This document shows positions 26,271-38,502 of a DNA stretch of 64,000 nucleotides, in pieces; the first letter of the stretch is position 1, and every line of letters starts with the position of its first letter. The position numbers were made by a program, and so were the translations under genes. Under the pieces are notes generated by a model that saw nothing but the letters and a program-made list of their open reading frames with translations, had not been told where the DNA came from and did not search any database. The stretch spans positions 1,116,001 through 1,180,000 of the forward strand of contig VJWM01000011.1 in assembly GCA_010909165.1 (NCBI GenBank), given 5' to 3'. Source of the stretch: Anthoceros angustus. Taxonomy: Eukaryota > Plantae > Anthocerotophyta.

Positions 26271-28874
26271 TCAATGCCGATCACCACACGAACAGGACCC
26301 GTTTTGGAAACGGTGAACTCGGTGTGCGTCTCGAACTATGATGTCCCGCTCCTCAAGGCGTGACATTACCTTGGTGCTACTGTGGCAGTCGTTGCACATG
26401 CGAAGGTTTTTAGTGACTAGCAAGGGTGTGCCATCCGGAGTGTTGAGGAGGCCATAAGCTAAGGCAAGTTTCTCAGCGTGCCCACACAGAGAATCCTCCT
26501 TCTCCTGCTCAGACACTGCTCTTAACACCAGCTCGGTTTTGGGCACATGGCCTCCTTCGTCTTTTAACCTCGAGTTCACGCTTTTCAGCTTTGAAGAAAT
26601 ATCAGCCCTGTCTTCTCCAACGGTGAACTCGTGCACCGTGTTCTCCACTTCGATGCACGCCTTTGCAGGCTTCTTCCAAGCACCTGCAGACTTCCGCAGG
26701 CTTTCGATCTCGTCCACGTCCTTCCATCTGCCGGCGTTTGCATAGATGTTGCCCAAGAGCACATATGGACTTGCACTTTGAGGCTCCAGTTTCACAATGC
26801 GGTCGAAGCATCTCCGTCCTCGCTCGGCATCATCATGGTTTTTGCAGGCAGTCAGCAGGGCTCTCCAGCCCACCACATTGCTCTCATACGGTGCGGTCTG
26901 CAAGATGTGTTCTGCCTCATCTAGACGGCCTGCCCGCCCGAGAAGATCCACCATGCAGTTGTGGTGGTAGTCGGAGGGGGCAATCTTATGCTCTTCCATT
27001 ATCTTGAAATACCGCTGCCCCTCATCCACCAGGCCTGCGTGACTGCAGGCCACAAGGAGGGAACTGAAAGTGGTCTCGTTTGGCTCAAATCCCTGCTCAC
27101 ACATGTCTTCGAAACACCGTATGGCCATTGGAGCATTGCTGTCCTCTGCATAGCCTTTGAGAAGTGCATTCCATGCCACCACATTCTTGGTGGACAATGT
27201 GTCGAAAACGGAACGAGCCTCCTCCAAGCTCCCGCACTTTGCATACATGTTCACCAGGCTGCTGCCGATGGAGCCCTGTGCTTCCAGGCCTCGTTTCCGA
27301 ATCTGTGCGTGAAGCTCCTTGCCCGTCTGCAGAGCCCCGACACTCGCACATGCTTGCAACAGGCAAGTGAAGGTAACAGCATCAGCGACACTGACCCCCT
27401 CCTGCTGCATACTCGTGTACAACAAAAGGGCTTGCTGGCCCATACCCTGCTGGGCATAGCCTGCGATCATGGCTGTCCATGTGACCACATCTTTTGTGGG
27501 CAACTTGTCAAACACTGTGCGAGCATCTTCCAAGCTCCCACATTTTGCATACATGTCCACCAAGCAGTTACCCACAACAGCATCCCCTTCCATCCCACCT
27601 TGCCGAACCTGCACGTGCAGCCGCTTCCCCTGCTTAAGGTCGCCCACACTCGCACAAGCTCGAAGCAGGCACACAAACGTCACCTTGTTGGCTGTAGTCA
27701 CACCCTCCTTTTGCATGCTCCCATACAGGGCCAAGGCTTCCCTGCCCAGTCCCTTCTGCGTATAACCTGAAATCATAGCAGTCCATGTTACCACATCCTT
27801 GGTGGCCAAGCTGTCAAACACTCTCCGAGCATCTTCCAAGCTTCCACACTTGGAGTACATGTTTATCAGGCTGTTTCCCACAAAGATGTTGATTCTCACC
27901 GCACTCTTGGCGATGTCCTCATGAACCAGCTTCCCAGAAACCAGATCCTCTGCACTGGCACAAGCCTTCAGCACAGCCACAAAGATGTGATTATCCGGCT
28001 TCACCTTCGTCTCCCTCATCTGTCGGTAAAACCTCATGGCCTCCTTGGGCTGCCCATTCCGGGCATGTGCCAGAATGATAGAGGACCACGTATACGCATC
28101 TGGAGCACTCACCCTCCCAAAAGCCTGCGCTGCCTCCTCCAATTGTCCATGAGAAGAATACATGCCTATAATGTGGTTCGCCAGGGACGCATTCCCCTGG
28201 AGCCCAGCTGTCAGAACAAGAGCATGCACCCGTCTACCAAGCCTTAGGTCCCTTTCTTCGACGCACATCCTCAACACCCGACGGAAAGGAACATCACGAA
28301 CACGACATCCTCTCTGCACCAGGACCTCCAACTCCTCCACAGCCTCCCGCACCTTCCCCTCCTCACATCGTCTGTTCAGCGTTTCCAGCACAGAATCTCC
28401 TTCCTCCCCGCGCCCACCACCATTTCCTGCACCGGGAGTAGATGCCATCCCAGCTGGCGAGCCCATCTGCGAATCCACCCACCCCGGCTTGTGGCGGCTA
28501 TGTAGCCACAGCCCCTCCTTGGACGTCTTGTGCCTGAAGTCAGGATGGCGGGGGCTCCTCTTGTCCTCCCTGTTGTCCCACCATTGCGCTGGATCCGAGA
28601 AGTACTCCTGCCACAGGAGCTCCTCCCGCTCCTTTCTGGGCAGCCCTTCCACGGCATAGTTCTGTGCAGAGGAAGCTGTCCGCGCCTCACTCCCCAGCTT
28701 GGCTGGTGGACAGCTATGACACGCGAATCCGCCATCAATCGCTGCACCTTGCTTGCCTCCCACCACAGTGTCAGGCATCCATGGCCCCCGCTGCTTGATG
28801 GGAGCAGCACGGGAATCCGGGAGTGCAGAATTCGACAACGGCAGCAACAGATGCAGGTCCAGCGGCATCGCCAT
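26271..28874 (-). CDS. PLS-PPR-E1-E2-DYW:KP (DRH-type) with N-terminal PDF motif; intronless, 867 aa; paralog of 6312-8636
   Basis: About 15 PPR motifs, KKPAKACIEV, CGHAEKLALAYG, MCNDCH and CSCGDRH. PDF motif LWQEYFSDPAQWWDNREDKRSPRHPDFRHK at 28464-28616. Confidence 0.95.
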   Translation of the reverse strand: MAMPLDLHLLLPLSNSALPDSRAAPIKQRGPWMPDTVVGGKQGAAIDGGFACHSCPPAKLGSEARTASSAQNYAVEGLPRKEREELLWQEYFSDPAQWWDNREDKRSPRHPDFRHKTSKEGLWLHSRHKPGWVDSQMGSPAGMASTPGAGNGGGRGEEGDSVLETLNRRCEEGKVREAVEELEVLVQRGCRVRDVPFRRVLRMCVEERDLRLGRRVHALVLTAGLQGNASLANHIIGMYSSHGQLEEAAQAFGRVSAPDAYTWSSIILAHARNGQPKEAMRFYRQMRETKVKPDNHIFVAVLKACASAEDLVSGKLVHEDIAKSAVRINIFVGNSLINMYSKCGSLEDARRVFDSLATKDVVTWTAMISGYTQKGLGREALALYGSMQKEGVTTANKVTFVCLLRACASVGDLKQGKRLHVQVRQGGMEGDAVVGNCLVDMYAKCGSLEDARTVFDKLPTKDVVTWTAMIAGYAQQGMGQQALLLYTSMQQEGVSVADAVTFTCLLQACASVGALQTGKELHAQIRKRGLEAQGSIGSSLVNMYAKCGSLEEARSVFDTLSTKNVVAWNALLKGYAEDSNAPMAIRCFEDMCEQGFEPNETTFSSLLVACSHAGLVDEGQRYFKIMEEHKIAPSDYHHNCMVDLLGRAGRLDEAEHILQTAPYESNVVGWRALLTACKNHDDAERGRRCFDRIVKLEPQSASPYVLLGNIYANAGRWKDVDEIESLRKSAGAWKKPAKACIEVENTVHEFTVGEDRADISSKLKSVNSRLKDEGGHVPKTELVLRAVSEQEKEDSLCGHAEKLALAYGLLNTPDGTPLLVTKNLRMCNDCHSSTKVMSRLEERDIIVRDAHRVHRFQNGSCSCGDRH

Positions 28875-29034
28875 CTCGTCTCGCCCCTCGGTGCTGGGCC
28901 GCCTTCAGCAGCCCGTCTCTCTCTAGCTCGCTTCAGTCTCTTCACAGCAGAGTACAACCACCTCCATGCTGTTGGAGAATTAAGGCCATGTCTGTTCAGG
29001 GAATGCAGGTTTGCGAGTCGTTCTCTGGGACAGC

Positions 29035-30790
29035 GCTGGTTCAGCAGTCTGGGAGGTACAGGCTGGGGCGGGATGCCCGTGGAGCAGCAAATGCGGATGC
29101 AGGGAGCTGGAGCTTCTTGTAGGATTTGAAATCATGTCACGAATGTTTAATCCCGGCAGCAGCTGCCTCTTCGGTGTCTTCTTCGTCTACCTTGGGTGGA
29201 CCTGTAGAAATGTGGGACGCAATTCAGCTCCGCTACCATGAAACCGGAAGCGGAGGAATTGAATTGTGCAGGGAGGCCAAGTCATGGTCTGGAGTGGCGG
29301 GAAGGTATAACCTGAGGCACCGCCGCGCCGTGAGCTTTGCGTCGCCATTTCCATTACAGGAGACTGGACGAAGCGGGTGCTCTCTGGATCCTCCGGGTAC
29401 TACAAGAGTGCGAAACATCCCTGACCAAGCCGAGCTTCTCCGAAATAGTTGGGGAATGTGCGATTGTCCGGGGTTACAGGTTAAGACTGTGAGCTCCCCT
29501 GTGCTTTTGTGCCAGGCAAGGTTTAGCAGAGAGTTGGAATGCCACCGGACCAACTATGAGCGGGTTGGTGAGATTGCGCCGCCGCCCATATTCCCGTTTG
29601 GCGGAAGCAGGAGTTCGAGGCTCGGTCTTTAACCAGGAAGGTTGTGGAGCTGACCAGGAAGAGGCAGCTCAATCAAGTACAAGTCTGCTCTGATGGTGTG
29701 GAATATTGTATCGGGCTTTAAGTTGGGGAATGCTGACAGTCAGAGTCACGTCCTGGACAGATTTTGAAGCTGGTGGAAACAGCAAAACTGGAGACATAGG
29801 AACTGCATCGGATACCTATGAATGCTGTGACGGAGGCTTGTGTGCATTGTGATGACACTGACGTTGTGTTGATAGTGTAACATATGGGATGCTAATAAAG
29901 GTCTGCTGAGCCTTGCAGCATTGCTCTTCTCCTGTTTGTATGTGAAGAGAACCTTGTGTCCTCGCTCACGCTGTTTGTGTCTATGTTTTCCTCTTTGGTG
30001 TGGTGCACAGGGCCTTGGGCAAGCTAAAAGACTGAGTGATGGGTTTCTCGTATTTGAAGCAATCGAGAAAGGCACAGCCTCACGCTCTGAAGGTGATCGA
30101 TGGGATGCGTTCAAATGGCTTAGAACCGCAGCAGCTGACTTATACCTCTCTTGTACTGGCTTGTGTCCAAGGCGGGGACACACTGAAAGCCCTTGATTGC
30201 TTGAGGCCAATGAAGGTTGTTGTACGAGACTAATGTGACCTTTGTAAAGACACATGCTGTTACTCAGCTCAAAGTCCAACATAATTGTTTGGTGATGCCC
30301 CAGGAGGAAGCGAAGCGGCTGAATTCTCCAGAACTGTTTCCAGATGTTGTAACATACAGCACTCTAATAAAGGTCAGTGGGGTTGACTGTCTTTGCAGCA
30401 ATGTCCTCTACTTGTCGTGCCTACCAGGCTCTACCTCATTCTGTGCTCTTACCCCCTTCAGGACTCGCGTTGGATGGCGATCTGCAAAGGGTTTTGGATA
30501 TGGTGGACGAGATGAAACGGACACCGACATCTGTCTTGGATCGTGTTGCTTATACAGCAATCATCGATGCCTGTCTCTGTTCTAACTTGGTAAGAGCCTA
30601 ATGACTCAGCACCTCACTAACAGTCTTTTTCTTTTAACACGGATGAGCATAAGTCCCACTTGTGCGCATTGCTGTGCAGAAATGCGGTGAACGGTATCCT
30701 GCCTACAGGTTCGTCCAAGTGAGAGCGTGGACCGGGTAATGCTGCCCTTGGCTGAGACAAACACCGTCTCTGAAGATCTTAAGGTGGAAG
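29035..30790 (+). pseudogene. Deleted duplicate of the PPR-CBS gene (promoter/5'UTR plus exons)
   Basis: Colinear with 22165-24960. The start ATG is changed to GTG (cttcgatgtcc -> cttcggtgtct near 29175), with several internal deletions (e.g. loss of about 23270-23650) and frameshifts. Confidence 0.88.
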
Positions 30791-32089
30791 GGCACGGCAG
30801 TTGTTGTCCCTGCCACCCCTGTAGTTTGGGACACTGGCCTTCGCTAACCCCGGGTCTGTTTTGTTCGAGCAATTTTCTGTTTGCAGATTGCTTTGAGCAG
30901 GGAAGGGTCATCCGATGAGGCTCATTTTTTGTGTGTGAGTTCAGGGCTGGGTGAGGAATGGGGCATAAAGTTCACTCAAGGAATGGAGCTGTACATCTAA
31001 CTCCCCGAAGATGCTTTGCCCGTGTTCTTGTACGTTGGGGTGGTGAAGGCACTTTGGGAAAATGTGGAGAGCGCTTGGTGGTGTGGAAATTTTTTTGCAT
31101 CCGATGTGTGGATAGAGGAGAACGCACCGGTAATTATGGTGTTGAGCAGATCGTTATTGTATTTTTTTCTAGAATTAATTATTCGTAAATAATCGAAGAT
31201 AAGCGAAAATGCTTGGAAACACTTTTCACCGCGACCCACAAGGGCTCCCTCTTGGGTGTTCTCTACGAATCGGCATTTCTATCAAATTTTTCCTCCCAAT
31301 AAAAAGCTCATATGCAACACTCTTGTCCTTGTGGGGTTAAGAGGTTAAGGAAGAGAATAGAATAACAGTCCACTGATTTGGTAAAAAATAATGAAGGTAA
31401 AAAATAGAACAACATTCTGCTGATAAGACTAAACAGTTTCCACAAGCCAACTTCACTACGCAACATCTTGATGAGACTATGCATCGCGTAAATTATTTTC
31501 CTAATTTTCATTATTTTTCTAATTTGCAATATAGAACGTGAATCATTTTGCTCATTTGCAATGTACAAGAATAAATTATTTTGCTAATTTGTAATATCGG
31601 AAAGATAGAAACGCTTACATGGACTCTTATTACCTATACACAGAGTTGATAGAGTTGGTTGATCTTTTCAACTTCCTTGCTTTTGGTTTTTCCTATAATT
31701 TATTGATCTTTTGCTTTTCTAAGAGTTGGTTGATCTTTCATCTTCCTTCCTCTTGGTTTCTCATCATTTGTATTTCTAGATTTCTTCCTTCGGTTTGATC
31801 TTTTATCTTTTTCCTTACACTTGATTGATCTTTTGTCTTCCTCTTAGTTTCTTCACAATGGATGCTTTTTTCACCAAAATTATTTTATTTTACTAATCAT
31901 CTCATAAAACATAAATTGAGAAGACATACACTCAACTTAAATTAATATCTATCAATTTATATTTTTAACAATATTTTAAACAGCTACGAAGAAAAACATC
32001 TATGACAGCTTCCACTCGTCTATGGACTTGAATAAAAGAATCTTTTCTCTTCTAACAAAGTCTTTTATAGCTTGTTGAATTGAATATCC

Positions 32090-32720
32090 ACGAGAGTTTG
32101 TGCAGCTGTGGATGCGAGGTTAGGCACTTTCCCTTTAATACTGCAAAGGACCCAACCATCTCGCCGAATACTAGAAGTACCGACTTGTGGACATGCAAAA
32201 TTCAAAGCACGCCACAGGTGAACCCCTTGCTGCTGCAATGGTACTCCTGCATGTACATGGCTTCTATCACCAACTTCGCTACACGACATTAACGTTCCCT
32301 GTCACAGTCTCCTCCTATTGCATCCTGCCAGTGTAGGAAACGATGTCGGTGCCAAGTGATCCGTGCCTGGCCGTTCCAGACCGTGCGCATTACTGCACTC
32401 AGTCTGCAAAAAGTTTGCACTGCTTCCAATTGCATAAACAGACTTGTTTGTGGGCAGCAGCTTGCTAAGTATGTAGATTTGCCAAGTGGGAACATCGAGG
32501 ATGCAGAACAGGTGTTTGGCCATCTATCCCAGCGAGATGCAGGGTCATGGACTGCCGTGATTGCAGCAACATGGTCAGCAAGGTCAAGGACATAGAAGCT
32601 TTGCAGCTCTATGCCGAGATGCAAGCTCCAGGTGTGAATCCACATGAAGGTCGACCCCCCCCAACAAGAAAAGGCAATTTTCTCTGGCGTACAGACTTGA
32701 CCATCGGGGTACTCCTTCAT
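32090..32720 (+). pseudogene. Degenerate PLS-PPR fragment convergent with the GRP gene (further copies near 33.5, 35.1, 42.1-43.9, 44.4-45.0 and 52.6-53.3 kb)
   Basis: DLFVGSSLLSM..GNIEDAEQVFGHLSQRDAGSWTAVIAA..EALQLYAEMQAPGVNP; other copies read SVGSSLVTIYAQCWGIKDAKQVF. Frameshifted. Confidence 0.75.
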
Positions 32721-32725
32721 TATTC

Positions 32726-35700
32726 TCACGGCCGACCCTTACAACTGCAGGAACCATCTGCAAATCGATGCACGCGGTACCCATCCCTTACGACAATGTC
32801 TCTCTGTTCAAGCCTTGACAGGATCTCCGTGGAACTGTGGCAGTCGCTGCACATGCGTAGATTCTTCGTTACCAACAGAGGCGTCCCACTCGGAGTGTTC
32901 AATAGGCCAAACGCCAGAGCTAGCTTCTCAGCATGCCCACAAAGCACATCTTCCTTTTCATCCTCAGACAACGGCTTCAACACCAACTTTGTGTGAGGTT
33001 CATGGCCTCCTTCCTGCTTCAGACGTCCTTTCGTGCTCTCTACCTGAAGAGCAATATCCTCTCTCCTTTCTCCCACTGTAAATCGATGTACCTGCTTATT
33101 CACCTCAATGGTCGCCACTGCATGTTTCTTGTTAGCTCCTGCTACCCTTCTCTGTGATTCAATCCTATCTACATCAGTCCACATACCTGCATCTGCGTAG
33201 GCATTGGCCATGAGCACATATGCAGGGGCCTCCTGGGGGACCAGCCTAACAATCCTTTCAAAACACCACATCGCCCTCTTTATATCCCCGTGGCTTCTGC
33301 AGGCATTCAACAACGACCTCAAGCCCACAACATTACTTTGGCCCTCACATAACAATAGCATCTTCTCAGCCTCATCTAAATGGCCTGCCCGCCCAAGAAG
33401 ATCAACCATGCAGGTATAATGCTCAATAGTCGGTTTGATGCCATGCTTCAGCCATGGAATCAAAGTGCTTGCGACCCTCCTGGACCAGTCCTCATGACTG
33501 CATGCTACTAGAAGTACCGACTTGTGGACATGCAAAATTCAAAGCACGCCACAGGTGAACCCCTTGCTGCTGCAATGGTACTCCTGCATGTACATGGCTT
33601 CTATCACCAACTTCGCTACACGACATTAACGTTCCCTGTCACAGTCTCCTCCTATTGCATCCTGCCAGTGTAGGAAACGATGTCGGTGCCAAGTGATCCG
33701 TGCCTGGCCGTTCCAGACCGTGCGCATTACTGCACTCAGTCTGCAAAAGTTTGCACTGCTTCCAATTGCATAAACAGACTTGTTTGTGGGCAGCAGCTTG
33801 TAGATTTGCCAAGTGGGAACATCGAGGATGCAGAACAGGTGTTTGGCCATCTATCCCAGCGAGATGCAGGGTCATGGACTGCCGTGATTGCAGCAACATG
33901 GTCAGCAAGGTCAAGGACATAGAAGCTTTGCAGCTCTATGCCGAGATGCAAGCTCCAGGTGTGAATCCACATGAAGGTCGACCCCCAACAAGAAAAGGCA
34001 ATTTTCTCTGGCGTACAGACTTGACCATCGGGTACTCCTTCATTATTCTCACGGCCGACCCTTACAACTGCAGGAACCATCTGCAAATCGATGCCGCGGT
34101 ACCCATCCCTTACGACAATGTCTCTCTGTTCAAGCCTTGACAGGATCTCCGTGGAACTGTGGCAGTCGCTGCACATGCGTAGATTCTTCGTTACCAGGCG
34201 TCCCACTCGGGTGTTCAATAGGCCAAACGCCAGAGCTAGCTTCTCAGCATGCCCACAAAGCACATCTTCCTTTTCATCCTCAGACAACGGCTTCAACACC
34301 AACTTTGTGTGAGGTTCATGGCCTCCTTCCTGCTTCAGACGTCCTTCGTGCTCTCTACCTGAAGAGCAATATCCTCTCCTTTCTCCCACTGTAAATCGAT
34401 GTACCTGCTTATTCACCTCAATGGTCGCCACTGCATGTTTCTTGTTAGCTCCTGCTACCCTTCTCTGTGATTCAATCCTATCTACATCAGTCCACATACC
34501 TGCATCTGCGTAGGCATTGGCCATGAGCACATATGCAGGGGCCTCCTGGGGACCAGCCTAACAATCCTTTTCAAAACACCACATCGCCCTCTATATCCCG
34601 TGGCTGCAGGCATTCAACAACGACCTCAAGCCCACAACATTACTTTGGCCCTCACATAACAATAGCATCTTCTCAGCCTCATCTAAATGGCCTGCCCGCC
34701 CAAGAAGATCAACCATGCAGGTATAATGCTCAATAGTCGGTTTGATGCCGTGCTGTGTAGCCATGGAATCAAAGTGCTTGCGACCCTCCTGGACCAGTCC
34801 CTCATGGCTACATGCGACTAGAAGGCAAGTAAAAGTAGCACCATCAGGCTGAATACCGGCAACTAACATCTCCTCAAAACAAGCTAGTGCTCTGTGACCT
34901 TCATCACAAGTACCATACCCAGATATCAGGGCATTCCATGTCACCACATTCTTTGTGTTCATGCTGTCAAAAACCTGGCATCTTCCAGTTCACCACATTT
35001 GCATACATGTCCACCAGGCAGGTGCCCACCAGTATGTCACCCAGCAGTCCTCTTTCGACGATCTGTGAGTGCAGCTGTGGATGCGAGGTTAGGCACTTTC
35101 CCTTTAATACTGCAAAGGACCCAACCATCTCGCCGAATACTAGAAGTACCGACTTGTGGACATGCAAAATTCAAAGCACGCCACAGGTGAACCCCTTGCT
35201 GCTGCAATGGTACTCCTGCATGTACATGGCTTCTATCACCAACTTCGCTACACGACATTAACGTTCCCTGTCACAGTCTCCTCCTATTGCATCCTGCCAG
35301 TGTAGGAAACGATGTCGGTGCCAAGTGATCCGTGCCTGGCCGTTCCAGACCGTGCGCATTACTGCACTCAGTCTGCAAAAGTTTGCACTGCTTCCAATTG
35401 CATAAACAGACTTGTTTGTGGGCAGCAGCTTGTAGATTTGCCAAGTGGGAACATCGAGGATGCAGAACAGGTGTTTGGCCATCTATCCCAGCGAGATGCA
35501 GGGTCATGGACTGCCGTGATTGCAGCAACATGGTCAGCAAGGTCAAGGACATAGAAGCTTTGCAGCTCTATGCCGAGATGCAAGCTCCAGGTGTGAATCC
35601 ACATGAAGGTCGACCCCCAACAAGAAAAGGCAATTTTCTCTGGCGTACAGACTTGACCATCGGGTACTCCTTCATTATTCTCACGGCCGACCCTTACAAC

Positions 35701-38502
35701 TGCAGGAACCATCTGCAAATCGATGCCGCGGTACCCATCCCTTACGACAATGTCTCTCTGTTCAAGCCTTGACAGGATCTCCGTGGAACTGTGGCAGTCG
35801 CTGCACATGCGTAGATTCTTCGTTACCAGGCGTCCCACTCGGGTGTTCAATAGGCCAAACGCCAGAGCTAGCTTCTCAGCATGCCCACAAAGCACATCTT
35901 CCTTTTCATCCTCAGACAACGGCTTCAACACCAACTTTGTGTGAGGTTCATGGCCTCCTTCCTGCTTCAGACGTCCTTCGTGCTCTCTACCTGAAGAGCA
36001 ATATCCTCTCCTTTCTCCCACTGTAAATCGATGTACCTGCTTATTCACCTCAATGGTCGCCACTGCATGTTTCTTGTTAGCTCCTGCTACCCTTCTCTGT
36101 GATTCAATCCTATCTACATCAGTCCACATACCTGCATCTGCGTAGGCATTGGCCATGAGCACATATGCAGGGGCCTCCTGGGGACCAGCCTAACAATCCT
36201 TTTCAAAACACCACATCGCCCTCTATATCCCGTGGCTGCAGGCATTCAACAACGACCTCAAGCCCACAACATTACTTTGGCCCTCACATAACAATAGCAT
36301 CTTCTCAGCCTCATCTAAATGGCCTGCCCGCCCAAGAAGATCAACCATGCAGGTATAATGCTCAATAGTCGGTTTGATGCCGTGCTGTGTAGCCATGGAA
36401 TCAAAGTGCTTGCGACCCTCCTGGACCAGTCCCTCATGGCTACATGCGACTAGAAGGCAGGTAAAAGTAGCACCATCAGGTTGGATACCGGCATCTAACA
36501 TCTCCTTAAAACAAGCTAGTGCTCTGTGAGCGTCATCACAACTCCCATACGCAGATATCAACGCCGTCCATGTAACCACGTCCTTCGAGGCCATGCTGTC
36601 AAACACTTGGCGGGCATCTTCCAGCTCACCACATGTTGCATACATGTCCACCAGGCAGGTACCCACCAGTATGTCACCCAGCAGTCCTCTTTCGACGATC
36701 TGTGAGTGCAGGTCCCTGCCCTTCTGTAAGGCACCAGTGCTTGCACAGGCCTTTAGAAGGCAAGCAAAGTAAAATGATCAGCCAAAACCAGCCCTCCTGC
36801 TCCATTTGTCCATACAGAAAGAGTGCCTCATGTCCGAGCCCTTGCTCGCATACCCAGCAATCAGGCATTCCATGTCACCACATTCTTTGTGGCCATGCTG
36901 TCAAAAACCTGGTGTGCATCTTTCATTGCACCACATTTGGCATACCCAGATATTAGGACATTCCATGTCACCACATTCTTTGTGGGCAAGCTGTCAAAAA
37001 CCTGGCGTGCAGCGTTCAGTTCACCACATTTTGCATACATGTCCACCAGGCTGGCGCCAACAAATAAGTGAGGCGGAATGCCACTATGAACCACATCACT
37101 GTGCACCTTTCTGCCAGATTCCAAGTCAGCCGCAAATGCACAAGCTTGAAGGGCAGCTGCAAAGACTTGAGCATCGGCCTTCACTCCCGACCTACGCATC
37201 TCATGGTACAGTTGTATGGCCTCCTTAGGTTTCCCGTGTTTAGCATGAGCAGATATGATAGAAGACCACGTGATAACATCTGGCTTGCCTACTCTGGTGA
37301 ACACATCCATGGCCTCCTGTAGCCTACATCCAGATGCATACATTCGCAAGATATGGTTCCCCAAGTATACATTCGATTCGGACCCGAGTTTAACACTGAG
37401 GTCATGAACTCGTCGCCCGCAACCAGATCCTTCTTAGCTGTACACAGTTTCAGCACAGTGCAAAACAGAGACAGAGGAATAGCAGAGTCTGTCTGCGCCA
37501 GAGATTCCAGGGCTCTAACGGCCTCAGAAAGCTTCCCCTGCTGACAAAACGTGCTCACGATTGCAGCCGTAGCGACACCAATTCCCCATCCTGCACGCCT
37601 GCCAGATTCAAGCTTATCCGGTGACCTGGACTTGGAAGGAGAGGTACCATGACCCATCTCCATATCCAAGGAAACGAGCTGCTCATCAACCCAAGCTGGC
37701 TTAAACAAGTCGTTTACCCACAGCACCTCGCCGGACCCCTTACGACGGAAGTCAGGCGAACGGGAACTCGTCTTCTCTTGTCTGTTGTCCCACCACCTGC
37801 ATACATGCGCAATATATGGTTCCCCAAGTATACATTCGATTCGGACCCGAGTTTAACACTGAGGTCATGAACTCGTCGCCCCGCAACCAGATCCTTCTTA
37901 ACTGTACACAGTTTCAGCACAGTGCAAAACAGAGACAGAGGAATAGCAGAGTCTGTCTGCGCAAGAGATTCCAGGGCTCTAACGGCCTCAAGCTTCCTCC
38001 TGACAAAACGTGCTCACGATTGCAGCCGTAGCGACACCAATTCCCCATCCTGCACGCCTGCCAGATTCAAGCTTATCCGGTGACCTGGACTTGGAAGGAG
38101 AGGTACCATGACCCATCTCCATATCCAAGGAAACGAGCTGCTCATCAACCCAAGCTGGCTTAAACAAGTCGTTTACCCACAGCACCTCGCCGGACGACGG
38201 AAGTCAGGCGAACGGGAACTCGTCTTCTCTTGTCTGTTGTCCCACCACCTGGTAGGCTCCAGAAAAAATTGTTGCCACAATTGCTCCTGCTCCTGCTGCT
38301 GTCGACGGCCATCGCTGGATAACCCGTCCCTACCCACACGTTTTCTCGGAAGTGGAACTGCTCGGCTCCTAACACTGCTGCGCCTGGAGGCTTGGTTATT
38401 TGCCGACGATGGACTCCCTGAGGTGAGGTGAGCGGGAGCTCCTCGTAGAATCCCTGTACACACACCAATTTGTTGGGTCCACAACAGTCCCCGCCGACGC
38501 AT
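32726..38502 (-). pseudogene. PDF-PLS-PPR-DYW:KP (GRP-type) locus X; fragmented as assembled, with a triplicated DYW end and a duplicated 5' segment
   Basis: Intact C-terminal ORF 32726-33535 (KKHAVATIEV, CGHAEKLALAFG, MCSDCH, CSCKGRP). PPR ORFs 36223-36666, 36861-37364 and 37289-37726. 5' ORF 38173-38502 contains LWQQFFLEPTRWWDNRQEK. May be an intact gene in the true genome. Confidence 0.8.
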
